A stretch of 63,920 nt of DNA, counting the filler, from Phoronis australis (Eukaryota > Animalia > Phoronida): the NCBI GenBank assembly GCA_002633005.1. It is 6 parts of 6 records of this genome, joined end to end, with 100 filler letters (N's around TTAATTAATTAA, not from the genome) between each part and the next. Parts side by side here need not be neighbours in the genome. Positions count along the whole stretch, not along the records: positions 36,298 to 48,217 come from NMRA01000079.1; positions 48,318 to 52,115 come from NMRA01002835.1; positions 52,216 to 63,920 come from NMRA01001681.1; 3 more parts are not named here. One strand, given 5' to 3'. The translations under genes and the position numbers were made by a program. A model generated the notes under the pieces. It had not been told where the DNA came from. It searched no databases and saw only the letters and a list, made by a program, of their open reading frames with translations. Below, piece after piece: positions 40,326 to 53,035 of the stretch (positions within the stretch are counted from its first letter, which is position 1; each line of letters opens with the position of its first letter).

Positions 40326-40441
40326 GTGTTCCCATTGGTGGACTGGGCTGCGGTACAATAGGTCGCGGGTTCAAAGGTGAATTCACTCGTTTTCAAATGG
40401 TGCCAGGAATGTATCACCATCATACTGTTGAAGCAGACCAG
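40326..40441 (+). CDS. GBA2: Non-lysosomal glucosylceramidase (GH116) exon
   Basis: tacag|(G)[38 protein letters not shown]|gtgagg. Confidence 0.92.
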
Positions 40442-40722
40442 GTGAGGTGAAGCAGTACTTACCTTGTGAAATCTCACCGTGTTTATCACTATAGGTTCCA
40501 CTTCTTATCCAATCAATGTGGAATTTACACGCAACACATGTCTTGTGAATAGATCGAAGCCTATTGTTTTTGTTTGAAGTCGGATTCGAGATGGCGATGT
40601 GGCAGCCATTTTTCATGTTTAGTGAAGCACAGTACTTGGTCTTGTTTGTTTGTCACCGCTGTTTCTCGTTAAGTACTTTAAAGTTTACATGAATATGTCA
40701 ATCTCAATATGGCGTGGAAATT

Positions 40723-40853
40723 ATGTTGCAGACATTTCAAATCTTGTTAGCACGCCATCTGTTGGCCATATCACGTGACCTAATGAAGTCTGAAAAGTCG
40801 CGTGATGTGAGCAACAGATGATGTGCTGACAAGACTTAAAATGTCTGCAACAT
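40723..40853. mobile_element. Small palindromic MITE-like hairpin in a GBA2 intron
   Basis: atgttgcagacattt...aaatgtctgcaacat, ~58-bp imperfect arms. Confidence 0.65.
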
Positions 40854-41425
40854 TCCTTAATGTTGTCGAAACCTTGGTTTTTACCATTTCTGATTATTTT
40901 GAATTGAATCTAGACAAGGTTTTTCAAGTTTTCACAAGGTTTTGATTTTTTCTGCAGACATGGCAATGTTTCAAACTTTTCTGGATACACCGGTAAATTT
41001 TTTTGTGTGATGATATGAGAAAATGCATGAACAAGGGTTTTAGGGATTTTTTGTTCGATGATTCTGTCCGATGCATACAAATAATATTGTTTAATTTGAA
41101 TTGCAACCCTCTTATTTGCCAAACTCCAGCCTTAAGTATTATTTACATTAAATTGACACAGATGCCGTTGTTTTAGAATATGTTAACAAATGATCCAAGA
41201 TCCTCTAGTATTCACAGATCTTTAAATTTTGCTGAATACACTGGGGCATTGTTTTGGAATAATCCTTTTATTAAACCCTATTTTGTTGTCTACTTGTCTA
41301 TTCTCTGCTTATAGTACAGGATCCAAATTTCCTCTTGAGTATTGCTTACATTTCATCGTCTGCTTTCTCACTTATCCATTTATTGCCATTTTCTTCTGCT
41401 TATTTGGTTTATCGTCTGCTTACAG

Positions 41426-41650
41426 TTCATTGTCTGCGTCAGACGTAAAGGTCAGACAGTGTACCAGCAAGTGTTATCAATACACCGCAACTTTGGTTAT
41501 TCGCTAAGTGCGTGGAACTGGGCATACCACGGTGAACACGCCACCTATCATGGCCTCTATCCAAGATCGTGGACAATCTATAAATTGCCAGGACAGGACA
41601 TACAACTGAGTTGCCGCCAGATATCACCGGTGTTCCCCCATGACTATAAG
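41426..41650 (+). CDS. GBA2: Non-lysosomal glucosylceramidase exon
   Basis: cag|[53 protein letters not shown]|gtcagt. Confidence 0.95.
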
Positions 41651-42678
41651 GTCAGTTTTATTCTGCTCAGCTGGGTGTTACATATTAAACTATTCTTGAC
41701 AAAATGAGTCCTGTCAGGTGACCATAGCAGCAGGCTGATGTAGAACAGCGATCAATATTAATAGAAATGAAATGACAAAACTTTTCTTGATAACATGCAT
41801 ATTTGCATATGTTCATATATACCATGTCGTACCTTTTTCTAAAGTGGTCAAATATCAGTGACTATGCAACCAGAAGTCACTGATAGAGCTTGACTTTTGT
41901 TTCAGCAAAACATGTGAATAAGAATTTCTGTGTGAAAAGTTTTGTTGTTTTGTTTCAAGTAAAGTTAAAAACCAATATTGTACCCCATAAAACTAAACTT
42001 AGAAAAAATAAACCAAATGCAAAAACAAGAAAAGCTATGATGTCAATCTGTGTGCGGTCCATGGTCAGTAACAGAAATAGTATGAAGAAGGGAGTGTATT
42101 AGACAGAGCTCCTCTTGCAGATTGTTGTTAGAAATTAGTGAGTCTGCTTGTTTTCCGCAGGGGAGGAGAGAGACAGGATGTGATCAGCAGCATGTTCCGT
42201 TGGTTATTTTAGTGCGGGGAAAAAATGACATTTTCCGATAGCCAATAATTAGAATGATGAGGGAATCCCAGTTTGTCTGTAATGATCCTACGTTGGAGTC
42301 AATGGCAGCTGTGCTTGTGGTAAAATCATATTTCATGTTGAGGGAATTTATTTTGCTTTGCCACTGAGCACGCTGCTATTTTGGTATCTGGAACATGGGC
42401 TGTATGTGAACCTATAGTCGAGATGTTGTTGCTAGATTACAGCTATCTAGTAGCAAATGTTGTAATGAAATCAAAGAATAGTTTCTGTTGCGAATATGTT
42501 GGGAAATGAAAAAAATACATTCCACTTTATTGAGTTCTAATAATGAAGAAAGACTTACCATTGGTAATAATGAAGAAAGACTTACCATTGGTGGAGTTGT
42601 TTCTTCTTCTGTAAGAAGCAATGTGGCTGTGTTTCACTGCACCAGAAACATTTTTCCATCCTGTTCCTTGTTTTCTAG

Positions 42679-42921
42679 GACACCAGTCTTCCGACGGCGG
42701 TGTTCGTCTGGCAGGTGGTCAACAACTCGCGTGAGCCAGCAGATGTCAGTATCATGCTGACCTTCTGCAGCGGAACTGGATCCAAGCACGACGGCAAACA
42801 TGGCGGCTTCTGGAACGAGCCGTATGAGTCATCGGTGCACGGTGACAAAGTGTCAGGGGTTGCTATGCACCACAAGATTAAGGATCTCAACTGTACATAT
42901 GGACTGGCAGCAAAGCATAAG
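42679..42921 (+). CDS. GBA2: Non-lysosomal glucosylceramidase exon
   Basis: tag|DTSLPTAVFVWQVVNN..DVSIMLTF..GGFWNEPY..YGLAAKHK|gtttgt. Confidence 0.93.
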
Positions 42922-42999
42922 GTTTGTGCACTCGCACACTTACAGTACAAGACAAAAGTTATCGAACAAAGTACTGTTTTGCCATGGTGACTTATTTTG

Positions 43000-43232
43000 T
43001 TAATAGCGAAAATGAGTGGTCATACACGTTGTACCAGACGTGAACAGTCCGCTCAGATGGTCCTACTGCGCTGATCACCTGGAACCATTTTTATGCTTCA
43101 TTAATACATTGTAAAACTGAGTTGAGGAGCTACAGACCTGATTCAAGGGTCTAGCAGTGTGCCCCAGTGGGGCTCGAACCCACAACCCTTGAGTAACGGA
43201 AGTGGACACTTATCGCGTAGGCCACACTGCCT
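43000..43232 (-). mobile_element. tRNA-headed SINE-like insertion
   Basis: Minus strand gaggcagtgtggcctacgcgataag...gggttcgagcccc (A/B boxes); the 3' boundary is approximate. Confidence 0.55.
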
Positions 43233-43699
43233 CCTGGCTTTTGTCTTTTTGCACCTGGCAAAAAATCTGTCAGCGCATGACTTAGCCTATTAAACAAAAA
43301 CAGGTTAATGCTGAAAGTCATAAAGTCTGTCTACAACTCAAAGTCCAAAGACTGATAATTCGTAGTCTGTTCGATAGACAGAAGACAAAATGAAAATGGC
43401 AAAAAAATCAACTTTTGGCTATTCGTAGCCAGATTTCTGACTTTTGACTTCTGTCAAAAGATAAAAGCTAGTAGTATTCTCTACGAGAAACAAAATTCAA
43501 TTCCAATGATAAAGAAGCGATGACGTTGCTTTGGAGATGGAGCAAACACCCTCGTGAAGGAAGCTGATGTTCTCACCACCAGGTGGTGTAGTGAGGCTTT
43601 ATAAACACTTTTTTGCCTTCTTCATAATTGTTGCAAATATTTGAATATTTTATGTTGTTACAAGTCAACAGTCACGGTACAATGTCTGTATTTTTCCAG

Positions 43700-43799
43700 G
43701 AAGGGGTGACAGTGTCGCATCGCTATTTTGACCCACAAGGCACTGGCAGTGGAATCTGGAGTGATTTGATGGCAGACGGATGTCTAGACTCGCCCAGTG
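43700..43799 (+). CDS. GBA2: Non-lysosomal glucosylceramidase exon
   Basis: ccag|EGVTVSHRYFDPQGTGSGIWSDLMADGCLDSPS-G|gtgagt. Confidence 0.9.
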
Positions 43800-44090
43800 G
43801 TGAGTGAAGTCATCTAGTGCTAACTGAAGTCTTTTTTGTTTATTCTGCTGTTGGCTTCTAGTCTAAGTCAAAAGTTTTTTGTGCAGTATGTTTTTCGTAT
43901 GCTTCTATGACTATCGTTGGCATTGTGGAGAGAGTGTTGGAGTCAGTCACAGTGCTTTAATTTATGCTTAGAATTTTACCTCAAATGTTGAATGTAAATG
44001 ACTTGGCGAAAAAATGTTACGTCGTCAAAATTTATTAATCCACAGGTGAGCATGACCCACAAATAGAGAAACAAAAAAGTTTGCAAGTAC

Positions 44091-44569
44091 CAGGCCTTTA
44101 TCCAGGATTTTCAAAATAGGGTGTCCAAAATGGGGTTCCCAATATTCCAGGGCGTCCATGATTCCGACATGTAACCCCCCATCCCCACCAATACCCCCAA
44201 ACACACAGATTTTTTTTTCAAAAAATGCATAGATCAACGTTTTTACATCTAAGTTTGTAAAACTGCCTTCTATGGTGAGCATGTTTACTAAAAAACTGTA
44301 TAGACCAAGACTTTTACAATGCTGTCAATCAAGTGTCAAAATAGCAACAATGCATATACTTTGTATTTCTTCCTGCTTTGAAAAAAGAGCCCCCACTGTG
44401 AGCCTTCAGAGGCTTCATAGTATTCATTACAACCTGTGAGTCCAAACTTGAAAGGTTCCTATTGACAGTGGGCATCCAAATGATACATTGGGCGTCCTTG
44501 CCAGGGCCTCCAGATTGGTGTTAGGGCGGGCCATTTGGACGCCCAGGACGTACGCTGCATAAAGGCCTG
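44091..44569. mobile_element. hAT-type MITE with exact 8-bp TSD
   Basis: TIR caggcctttat..ataaaggcctg; TSD gcaagtac at 44083-44090 and 44570-44577. Confidence 0.9.
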
Positions 44570-44620
44570 GCAAGTACCCTGTTTTTCATATAATGTGGAT
44601 TAATTTGGTTTTCGCTTCAG

Positions 44621-44774
44621 AACCAAGCAAAAATACCTCGAAGGGGCAGCAAATCGGTGCTGCCATCTGTGTACAGACAACAGTACTACCCAGTCAGTCT
44701 GAGGAGATGGAAATGTGTCTGTGCTGGGACACGCCTGTGATTCACTTTGGTGACAAGAAACACTTGTACAACAG
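44621..44774 (+). CDS. GBA2: Non-lysosomal glucosylceramidase exon
   Basis: ttcag|(E)PSKNTSKGQQIGAAICVQT..EMEMCLCWDTPVIHFGDKKHLYN-AG|gtaggt. Confidence 0.9.
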
Positions 44775-45715
44775 GTAGGTGCATTGTGGGAATCTCGTTA
44801 TTGTGGCCATGTTCCTCCTTTGTGGCAGAAGGAGGCAAATGATTTGTAGCAATCTTTCACATGAAAATGTGGGTTAACTGTACTCTCCACAATATGGTAG
44901 TTGATTTTTTCATTTTTCAAAGTATTGTAACATTCTTGTGAATGTATGCAATTTTTGAAATTATTGTGCATTGGTGATAGTTATGGTATAAATCTTGAAT
45001 ACGTAAAAGCGTTATTTTTCTATTTCATATCTCTCTTGGGGAAAGTCAAAAATAAGATTTCACTTGTCCACCATGTTGTGTCCTGAGTTAGTCAGATTTA
45101 ACTGTGAAGAATTGTGAAAGTTGGAAACAGAAACATTATAGCAGTTGGAGTTAACTATTGAAGATTTTCTTTGATTTGGGAAACGAGAGACTGATAAAGG
45201 TGAAATTTTTGTAGTTTTGACTTTTGTGAAGGGGATTTTTCTTTTTGTTTCCATATTTAATTAACTAAACCGTAAATTATTCACTTCTTTTTTAAAATTC
45301 TTTATTAATTAACAATTGAAAAATTAAAACAAAGTATTAATTTGCAAGTGTATATAATTGAAGAATTTCAACAGTAATTAAGTTTCCTTTTTTTTTCTAT
45401 TGCCGGCTCCGGCCTCTATTTTACTATCTCTGTGAGAGTTGTACTATATAGACTATAATTTTCTGTCTTCAGGGAATTTTGTTCCTGTGTGCGTAAAAAT
45501 AGCACAGTCTAGACACTTTCAATAGACACACATTAGTTTTGACTTGATGAGTGGACTGTTTTTTTAATGAATTATCTAGTTGCTTAGTTCATTTCCAAAG
45601 TGGTGGTTTGATACTTTAATCATATGTGTGTCATTATCTCCGTGAAATGTTAGCAATCACATAATTGTGTAAAATTCGACGACCTTGAGTGTGATCGCTG
45701 ATTAACTCAGAGAAA

Positions 45716-47340
45716 CAGGGCTTGGAATGACTCATGACAAAAAAGAGGACATTTTAATGGCCCTAAATACACATTTCAATCTAAAACCATACCTCAACAG
45801 ATCGAAAGTAAACATTATTATCACAAGATGCCCTGGCTGTTACTGTGTCGTGTTGGCAAAACGCACTCTTCTTAAACAGTTCCTGACATCTATTTAAACA
45901 ACAATGAAGGCAATTAGATGCAACAAAAGGTATTTTTTAAAATTAAAATAATAAAGATGATGATGAAAATTTTACAGTTTGGGTGGCAAGAGCTTATTCT
46001 TGATATGCTGCAGGGAGACGTATAAAATTATTTTCAATTCTTATAATTACGATACAAAATTAAAAAAAAATGAAAATCGATCTAAAGATTATCTGGAAAG
46101 CTTGAAATCTATACACATTTAATTCCAACAAAAAATTTAATTCCAACGAAAATGGAAAAAAGGTGAGACGAAAACCTGTGGCTCATACCCCAACTGTTAA
46201 CATGGAAAAATGAATTTAAGTAAAAAACAACTTACTTTAATTTATAGAATGCATCAATCACAATCCTAAGTTGGCCAAACATTTCAGTTTCAAACAGTAA
46301 TTATAGGAGTTAATTGTTCATAAGCCACGCTGGTGTACAAGAAATTATGTGACATAAGAAATAACTACCAGGACACTGAAAATAGGCTGGCGGAATTTGT
46401 AAACAATGGCTTAGACCAATCAGATCATTCAGAATCTGTCACGGGATCACTTCTCTCGAACTACAAAACTCGAGTCACAAGATAAAACACGAAAAATGTC
46501 AAAATGAATTGAAATACATAAATGGCTATTCAAAACACGTTTGCAGTAACGAAAATAGCACTTTATATCCCGTTTTGGCAGCACCTAGAAAATCGCACTG
46601 AGGCATTCAGGCCTAGCAGTAGCAGCCAACGGCAACGGACGTGCATGTGGGATCAAACAAAAGAATTTCATACATCACTCGCATCCCATGATTCCAATTC
46701 AACGAATAACCGGTTACGGTTGAATTTCCTTTCAGGAAACGTTATTTCTAGTGTTTCATCATTTTCAGTCGGTCCTCCGACTCCAACTTAGTCCAAGGCA
46801 ACTTGGCCACACACTCTGTAATTGTTCCTCTCTCAAAGTTTACAGAGCACAAACCTTGACTTATGTTGTTTGTGAAGAGATTGGACGTTTCTTTTATCCA
46901 CTTTTTCCACGAAATATTCTGTCTACTCCACACTCCACGCATTTTTGACCGTAGAATCGCACTATTTGTCGCAGCGATTTTATACCAAATGCAGATGCCA
47001 TTGATGAACCACACTATCCCAGGCACAGGTGCTTGAATTTATCTGTTTCTTGATTGCCACTGACGTCACTCACTACTAAAAAGACATGTTTCTGATATAT
47101 GGTTATGAGTCATCGGGAAGTTTAAGTGCCTGTGATCCGCAATTACAATTTTCTTTCCTCCGGAATATAAAGAGCAATTTCCGCTTCTCGAGTCGTCGGC
47201 AATGCTGTGGTGAGACACCAATTTGCAGCGATAATTTTATGGCAAATCCGATTTTTTCCGCGGAAAGATACCGAAAATACCCGGAGGGAATAAAAGAAAA
47301 AAGCAGAAATCCGCGTTCATGCGGAAAATTCCAAGCCTTG
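45716..47340. mobile_element. 1.6-kb non-autonomous DNA transposon with exact 6-bp TSD
   Basis: TIR cagggcttggaat ... attccaagccttg; TSD gagaaa at 45710-45715 and 47341-47346. Confidence 0.8.
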
Positions 47341-48073
47341 GAGAAAACAGGAAAAATTTTTGATTTAGAACTAAATTAATGTTTAGTGCAAAAAACTGAA
47401 ATTTTCATGTGAACTAATTATAACACAATTATAAGTGAATATGTGAGTTTGTAAGGAATCAATTAAGATTTTTCAGTCTCTGAGGTTTCTGAAAATAATT
47501 TATGGGTTGAAAACAAACTATTTGATGAAATGCGAAAGGATTTCACATTGATGACTGATCATTTTATTTAAAACAAGGTGATTATTTGTATGTCTATATT
47601 TGTCTATTCATATTATTTTTCATTTATAGCCATCCAAACTGCTTATATATCAATCCTTTCATATTCAAGCTTCAGTCACATTATTTATTATAAAGCCCGT
47701 CGCACTGAATAGGTCAAACCAAAATTGCAACTTCCAAATTCTCTATAAATCAAGTCATGTAGTCAAGTTTGTGACCATGAATCATCCTGTTGGGGCAATC
47801 AAGGAACTCCAGTCAACCAATGTTTTAAGTCCCATCCACACACAGACTTACCCTAGAACAACTTGCACAAGTGAAACTTGCCCCACCTTAAGCTGAGCGT
47901 CTCGACACATGTATCAGATAACTAACACAAAGCGGAAGTTGTTGCTCTTCAGAGGCGGACCTTCATAAAAAATGGTGGGAGTTCAGAGTGTTGACACATA
48001 TGTGCAAGCGCGCGACTGATAATTACTTGTGGCTTGCACCAGGTTTGTGGCCACGCAGCTATTAGAAGTGGTG

Positions 48074-48217
48074 CAAGTTACCCTAGAACAAGTTACCCTA
48101 GAACAAGTTACCCTAGAACAAGTTACCCTGGAACAAGTTACCCTGGAACAAGTTACCCTGGAACAAGTTACCCTGGAACAAGTTACCCTGGAACAAGTTA
48201 CCCTGGAACAAGTTACC
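48074..48217. repeat. 15-bp minisatellite (CAAGTTACCCTRGAA)n, truncated by the contig end
   Basis: About 9.5 copies. Confidence 0.95.
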
Positions 48218-48317
48218 NNNNNNNNNNNNNNNNNNNNNNNNNNNNNNNNNNNNNNNNNNNNTTAATTAATTAANNNNNNNNNNNNNNNNNNNNNNNNNNN
48301 NNNNNNNNNNNNNNNNN
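48218..48317. other. Artificial contig linker
   Basis: Same 100-bp spacer. Confidence 0.98.
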
Positions 48318-48752
48318 GGCGACCTTTCTTACTTTCATGTTAATTCCGCTTGTTATGAATTTGGTTTATGTCCAGTTGTTATTACATTTTGTCTGGCGCA
48401 TACTTTTGGCGTGTACTGTTTTAGCCTAAAATAGGACGGAAGAGTTGCTATATGCAAAAACCATCAAGTTTTGTGATGAAACTTGTTACAGTTCATTTGT
48501 CAACTACAGTATGTTGTTTATAACAGACGTTGAATGAAGTTTACGTTTGACCAAGTGCAGTAGCTGGAAACAGCTACTGGATCAATTATCTAATACTGTT
48601 GCTTCTGAGTAGAGTAGAATAATACCACCATGATGGAATTTAATCAGTTTTGGTTCAAAATTACAAGATTAATGTGTCTTTATGGGAACACCATCTCATA
48701 GATGTTTGTTATACATAATTGTCATACAGTCTTTACCTGCTTACTTGTTCAG

Positions 48753-48933
48753 GTATCACCATGCCAACCAGTTTTGCCATTGACTGGGTATCATCCAACA
48801 TGTATGTGACATCGACCATTGAAGATAAGACGCAGCTGTTGGTCTCCAAGTTGAATGGCGCCTTCAGGACTCTGCTGAGGACAGACACCTACCAAGGCAA
48901 ACCTACCTCGCTGGCTCTTTATCCAGAAATGGG
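48753..48933 (+). CDS. LRP1: LDL receptor-related protein (LRP1-like) beta-propeller exon
   Basis: ttcag|(G)ITMPTSFAIDWVSSNMYVTS..VSKLNGAFR..PTSLALYPEM-GG|gtaagg. Confidence 0.85.
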
Positions 48934-49251
48934 GTAAGGTGGTGGATTCAGGAACATTGGTATACTGTAGCATTAAGGATGAACAGATTGTGATTTTAGC
49001 TGAAGGGTATTGTGCAGCTCAGAATGATTCAGTTATTTCCAAAAAATGTGAAATCTTGACAATGCTGTCCAGTTTTGATGAAGTTTGTGGGAAAAGAAGT
49101 ATCACGTAAGAGAAAAATTCACTCCGTGTAAATGTTAAGAGTTACTTGAACTTTTGACAAATAACGTAGAAAATAAATCTGAAACTCAATAAGGCGATTC
49201 ACATCCTCTGAAGGATACTATGGTTTGACGAAATGTAGAATATGTATATAT

Positions 49252-49555
49252 TATGTAAATAAAACAACAATAATGGATCAATTTTCAGATATAATCGCAT
49301 CCTTTGTCAACAGAAGCATAAATACAGTAAAATCAAACACGATATGACAAATGACGTCTGATATGTAATGAACATGGTAGATTGTTGCGGAATAAAGCAA
49401 AAGATATTATTTAAGAAGTCAATGTTCAATCCATTGGGTTCAAGTGTTTAAGCTTATCTATCCAAAATTGAGAACAATTTATTGTTTCTGTTGACAAAGG
49501 ATGTGATTATATCCAAAACTTTAAGTCAATCCATTATTGTTGTTTTCTTTACATA
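49252..49555. mobile_element. MITE with long TIRs in an LRP intron
   Basis: tatgtaaataaaacaacaataatggat..catcctttgtcaacagaa is inverted at the right end; a one-armed copy lies at about 28690-28920. Confidence 0.75.
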
Positions 49556-50182
49556 TTGAACTTTTGCTCATACATAAATTCTGTTTTCAGTTGAATAGAT
49601 GTGCATCAGTTTTTCTAAGACCGCTGTGCTTCGCCCTTCATTCAGCGATTTTGAAATAACTGCTTTGCTCAAAGCCAGAATTTGCACCTAATTTTTTAAT
49701 TATGCAATACTCGGCATCCCAAATTCAATAGTCAATAGAAAGGCAACAAAGTAAGCCATGTCCCAAATTCTGGAATTAGGCTACACATGATAAAATATTG
49801 CAGGTCATCAGTCGGAAACATTGCTGGTTTTGTGCATGAGTTATTTGTTACCACGGTTACAAACCAAACCAGTTGTGGTTATCCAATTCCTTGGCAATAT
49901 TGCACTGTTTGGTGCCCAGCATATTCAGGTCACGGCTGTTTGCGCACAATGTCCCGATAGATGGTTGTGACTTGGAATAAACAACAACCTGTGTCAATGT
50001 ACGTCTTGTTTTCTATCACAAAAGACAGCAAACGTGATAATGGTATTTCGTCCACTTTTAACATCTGCTCTATCCATGTATTGCCTTCGACGTTTCAGTT
50101 TTTGTTTTGTTATTTGTAAAAAATTTTTGAGGGCTACTTTGTCGTCGGTACGCATTTAATACTGCAATGTTTGTTTACACAG

Positions 50183-50292
50183 GCGTCTATTTATAAGTGG
50201 GCCACAGGAGCATTCCATATATGTCATCGACATGGCGGGAAACGATAGGAAACCACTGATCAGTGATGAGAACAACATTAAATCACCGTCCA
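50183..50292 (+). CDS. LRP1: LRP1-like beta-propeller exon
   Basis: acag|G-RLFISGPQEHSIYVIDMAGNDRKPLISDENNIKSPS-A|gtaagt; phase fits both neighbours. Confidence 0.8.
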
Positions 50293-51044
50293 GTAAGTTG
50301 TCAGACCTGAGTCTGAACACAGCGGCAATTTCGTCCAACCAAACTCTGAAATAAGCAGTTGATCTAATCAGACAAATAAATTATATGAAAGGCAATTTTC
50401 AGTTAACATTAACTATTTCTGAAGAACCCACTGGATTTCAACTTGATTAGCTATGAATCTGAAAACAATATAATTTGAATGAAGCCACTGCGATGCTCAT
50501 TTTGTGATCTGCATTTTGGCAGATGGACAATCATCAGGTCTTTGAATATGTTTTGTTGAATACTTCAGCAATAAGTAGGACAGGTGTTGCTGGACCCGAG
50601 CTTGACAAATAAGACGGTCAAAGTTCAACTATTTTTGTACGTGATATATGGAAACGATTGATGATCTTTTATCCACCTGGTTCAAAACATCTCCAATCCC
50701 TCGTGTGCTTGCATTGTCTAGCAATAATTGTGGAAAATTTTAATCAGTCTCCTCAGAAAAGCCGTGGTCATAAGGCTACCTACTTTTGTCAAAATTTATT
50801 TTATTGATTTAAAATAAACGTGTTGTCTGAAGAAAATGGAAGCTTTGTGAAACTCGTAAGATCTTGTCCATTTTCAGTTCCAAGCAATTCAATACTAATC
50901 AAATGTGTCGAGAAAGTATAGGTTCACCAGATGGATGAGTGCTTAATGTCAAATTGTTGAAAAGCTATTTGACATTAAGTACTCTTCCTGTTGTATAGTG
51001 GCACTCGTCAAGCACATTGGTCATGTGATAATGGCGTCTTACAG

Positions 51045-51332
51045 GTCTGACTATTGACTTTGAGGACAGGCGTTTATACTGGATCAATAAAGACTCCCCT
51101 CACATCGTATCATGTGACCTGCTGGCAGGAACCAACGTGAGGGCACTGCTTACCCCTGGCATTGAACTCAGGAAGCCCACGGCTCTGACTATTTACAAGG
51201 ACACCATTTTCTTCTCTGATGAATACGGTCTCCATTCTGTCAACAAGTCTGGTAGTGGGCACACCATCCTGAAACATGGCGATCTCTACATCAACTCGAT
51301 GAAAGTTTATGATGGCCAAACTCGAGAGAATT
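51045..51332 (+). CDS. LRP1: LRP1-like beta-propeller exon
   Basis: acag|(S)LTIDFEDRRLYWIN..KPTALTIYKDTIFFSD..MKVYDGQTREN-T|gtaatt. Confidence 0.87.
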
Positions 51333-51977
51333 GTAATTGCCATTTATTTTATCATTTGTCTTGATGAAAAAGCAACATCATGCTTATGGTAGGAGTAATT
51401 TTCACGAAGTACTGGCAAATTGACAAACGATTGACAAATGTGGTTTACGCAGTACACTTTAGTGCTGAATGCCCAAAATATGCCCCCATTCTTTGGTCTT
51501 GTGCCATAGTGTAAATGAATTAAAAACACGAGCTGAGCTGGTGTTCTCTTTACCCACTTGAAGTCATGTTCTCGAAGTACTGAATCAAGACTATGACTGC
51601 AGTAACATTTGATACGTGTGATGTAGTTTGAATATTGGTCAATCGTAAGTAGATCTGTTGACCTCATTTACCAGTAACACTTAGGGATTACCCATAGTAA
51701 CTAATGTTTTCAAAGACGGGCGGGTTTGGTAGCTAAGGGTTGATGGCCGACATTTGCTTTAAACTTTCCTTGAATTGTCAGTGGGTATTGTATATAGGGA
51801 GACGAAATTGGCATTTTTTAAGTGCATAACACAAGGACAGGACATTTTCAACGAAGAATGTGGTTTTGTAGGGTTTTGAAAATTAAATTTCGACATGAGA
51901 GATCACTGAACTGTACTGTATACATACATGTGTTATTTTGCCTGGATACATGACTAGTTTGTTGTTCATATACTCAG

Positions 51978-52103
51978 CTGCCAGCGCATGCAAGGTGAAC
52001 AACGGAGGCTGTTCACAGCTGTGTCTTCCTATCAACAAGATGGTCCGCCGTTGCAAGTGTACAGATGGTTATCATTTGGACACAGATGGCACTACTTGTA
52101 AAG
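51978..52103 (+). CDS. LRP1: LRP1-like EGF exon
   Basis: tcag|(S)ASACKVNNGGCSQLCLPINKMVRRCKCTDGYHLDTDGTTCK-G|gtaact. Confidence 0.9.
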
Positions 52104-52115
52104 GTAACTTTGTGA

Positions 52116-52215
52116 NNNNNNNNNNNNNNNNNNNNNNNNNNNNNNNNNNNNNNNNNNNNTTAATTAATTAANNNNNNNNNNNNNNNNNNNNNNNNNNNNN
52201 NNNNNNNNNNNNNNN
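52116..52215. other. Artificial contig linker
   Basis: Same 100-bp spacer. Confidence 0.98.
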
Positions 52216-53035
52216 GGTGCACGAACAAGTAGGCTATGCATTTATTTGTTATCAGCTTATTAAACTATAAACACACAATCGCTTGTTGTTAATGCATCAA
52301 GTAGTTTAAGGCTATTTAATTCTTGCCGCCGTGAGACTCTTGATTTCCAGGCTACTGTTGTCACAGCGCACAATTACACCCAGCATGCTTCATTGCTGCA
52401 TTGCGCTCATACTAGTGCCAAATTTGTTATGAAAACCTGGTTTGGTTGAGAACAAGACTTCACGTAACCTCTAGGGTACTTATGTTTGTTACTCATATTT
52501 ATTTATCAACTAAAATATGACCTGGTGCTTAGCGTTGTTAATTAATGTACCTCTTGAAATACACAGGAAGCTGCAATACTGATTTCAAGTAAACTCCCGT
52601 AACAAGCACTTATTGTCAGACGTCTGGGGAGGATTCTTTTTTGATGCCAAAACATGGTCGCTGGTCTATTGTAATCAAAAGCTGTTGTATGTAATGCAAC
52701 ACTGCATTGGTTTTCATAACTGGCTTTTGTAGTTTTTATGCTTATTTGATGACAGGGATTGCTCCTTTGGATCAAACTACTAAATGCTAAAAGAGTGTTC
52801 TGAGCCATGATATTGATCAGAAATTAAGCTTCTTGCTTCTTTTTAACCTTCTTGCTCCTTGGTGTACTGTGTGCCTCATGTGTCACAGTCTGTAGTCAGT
52901 TGGTGTACTGTGTGTCTCATGTGTCACAGTCTGTAGTCAGTTGGTGTACTGTGTGTCTCAAGTGTCACAGTATGTTGTCAGTTGGTGTACTCTGTGTCTC
53001 ATTTGTCATGGTCTGTAGTCAGTTGGTGTACTGTG
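52216..53035 (+). repeat. Recent direct duplication of P3H intron sequence 54448-~55270
   Basis: Both start ggtgcacgaacaagtaggctatgc, 2232 bp apart, and are nearly identical into the 41-bp minisatellite. Confidence 0.92.

Noticed and set aside
14765-52215. Recurrent TTAATTAATTAA motif inside N-runs
   Set aside because: Identical 100-bp artificial linker with six-frame stops; not biological
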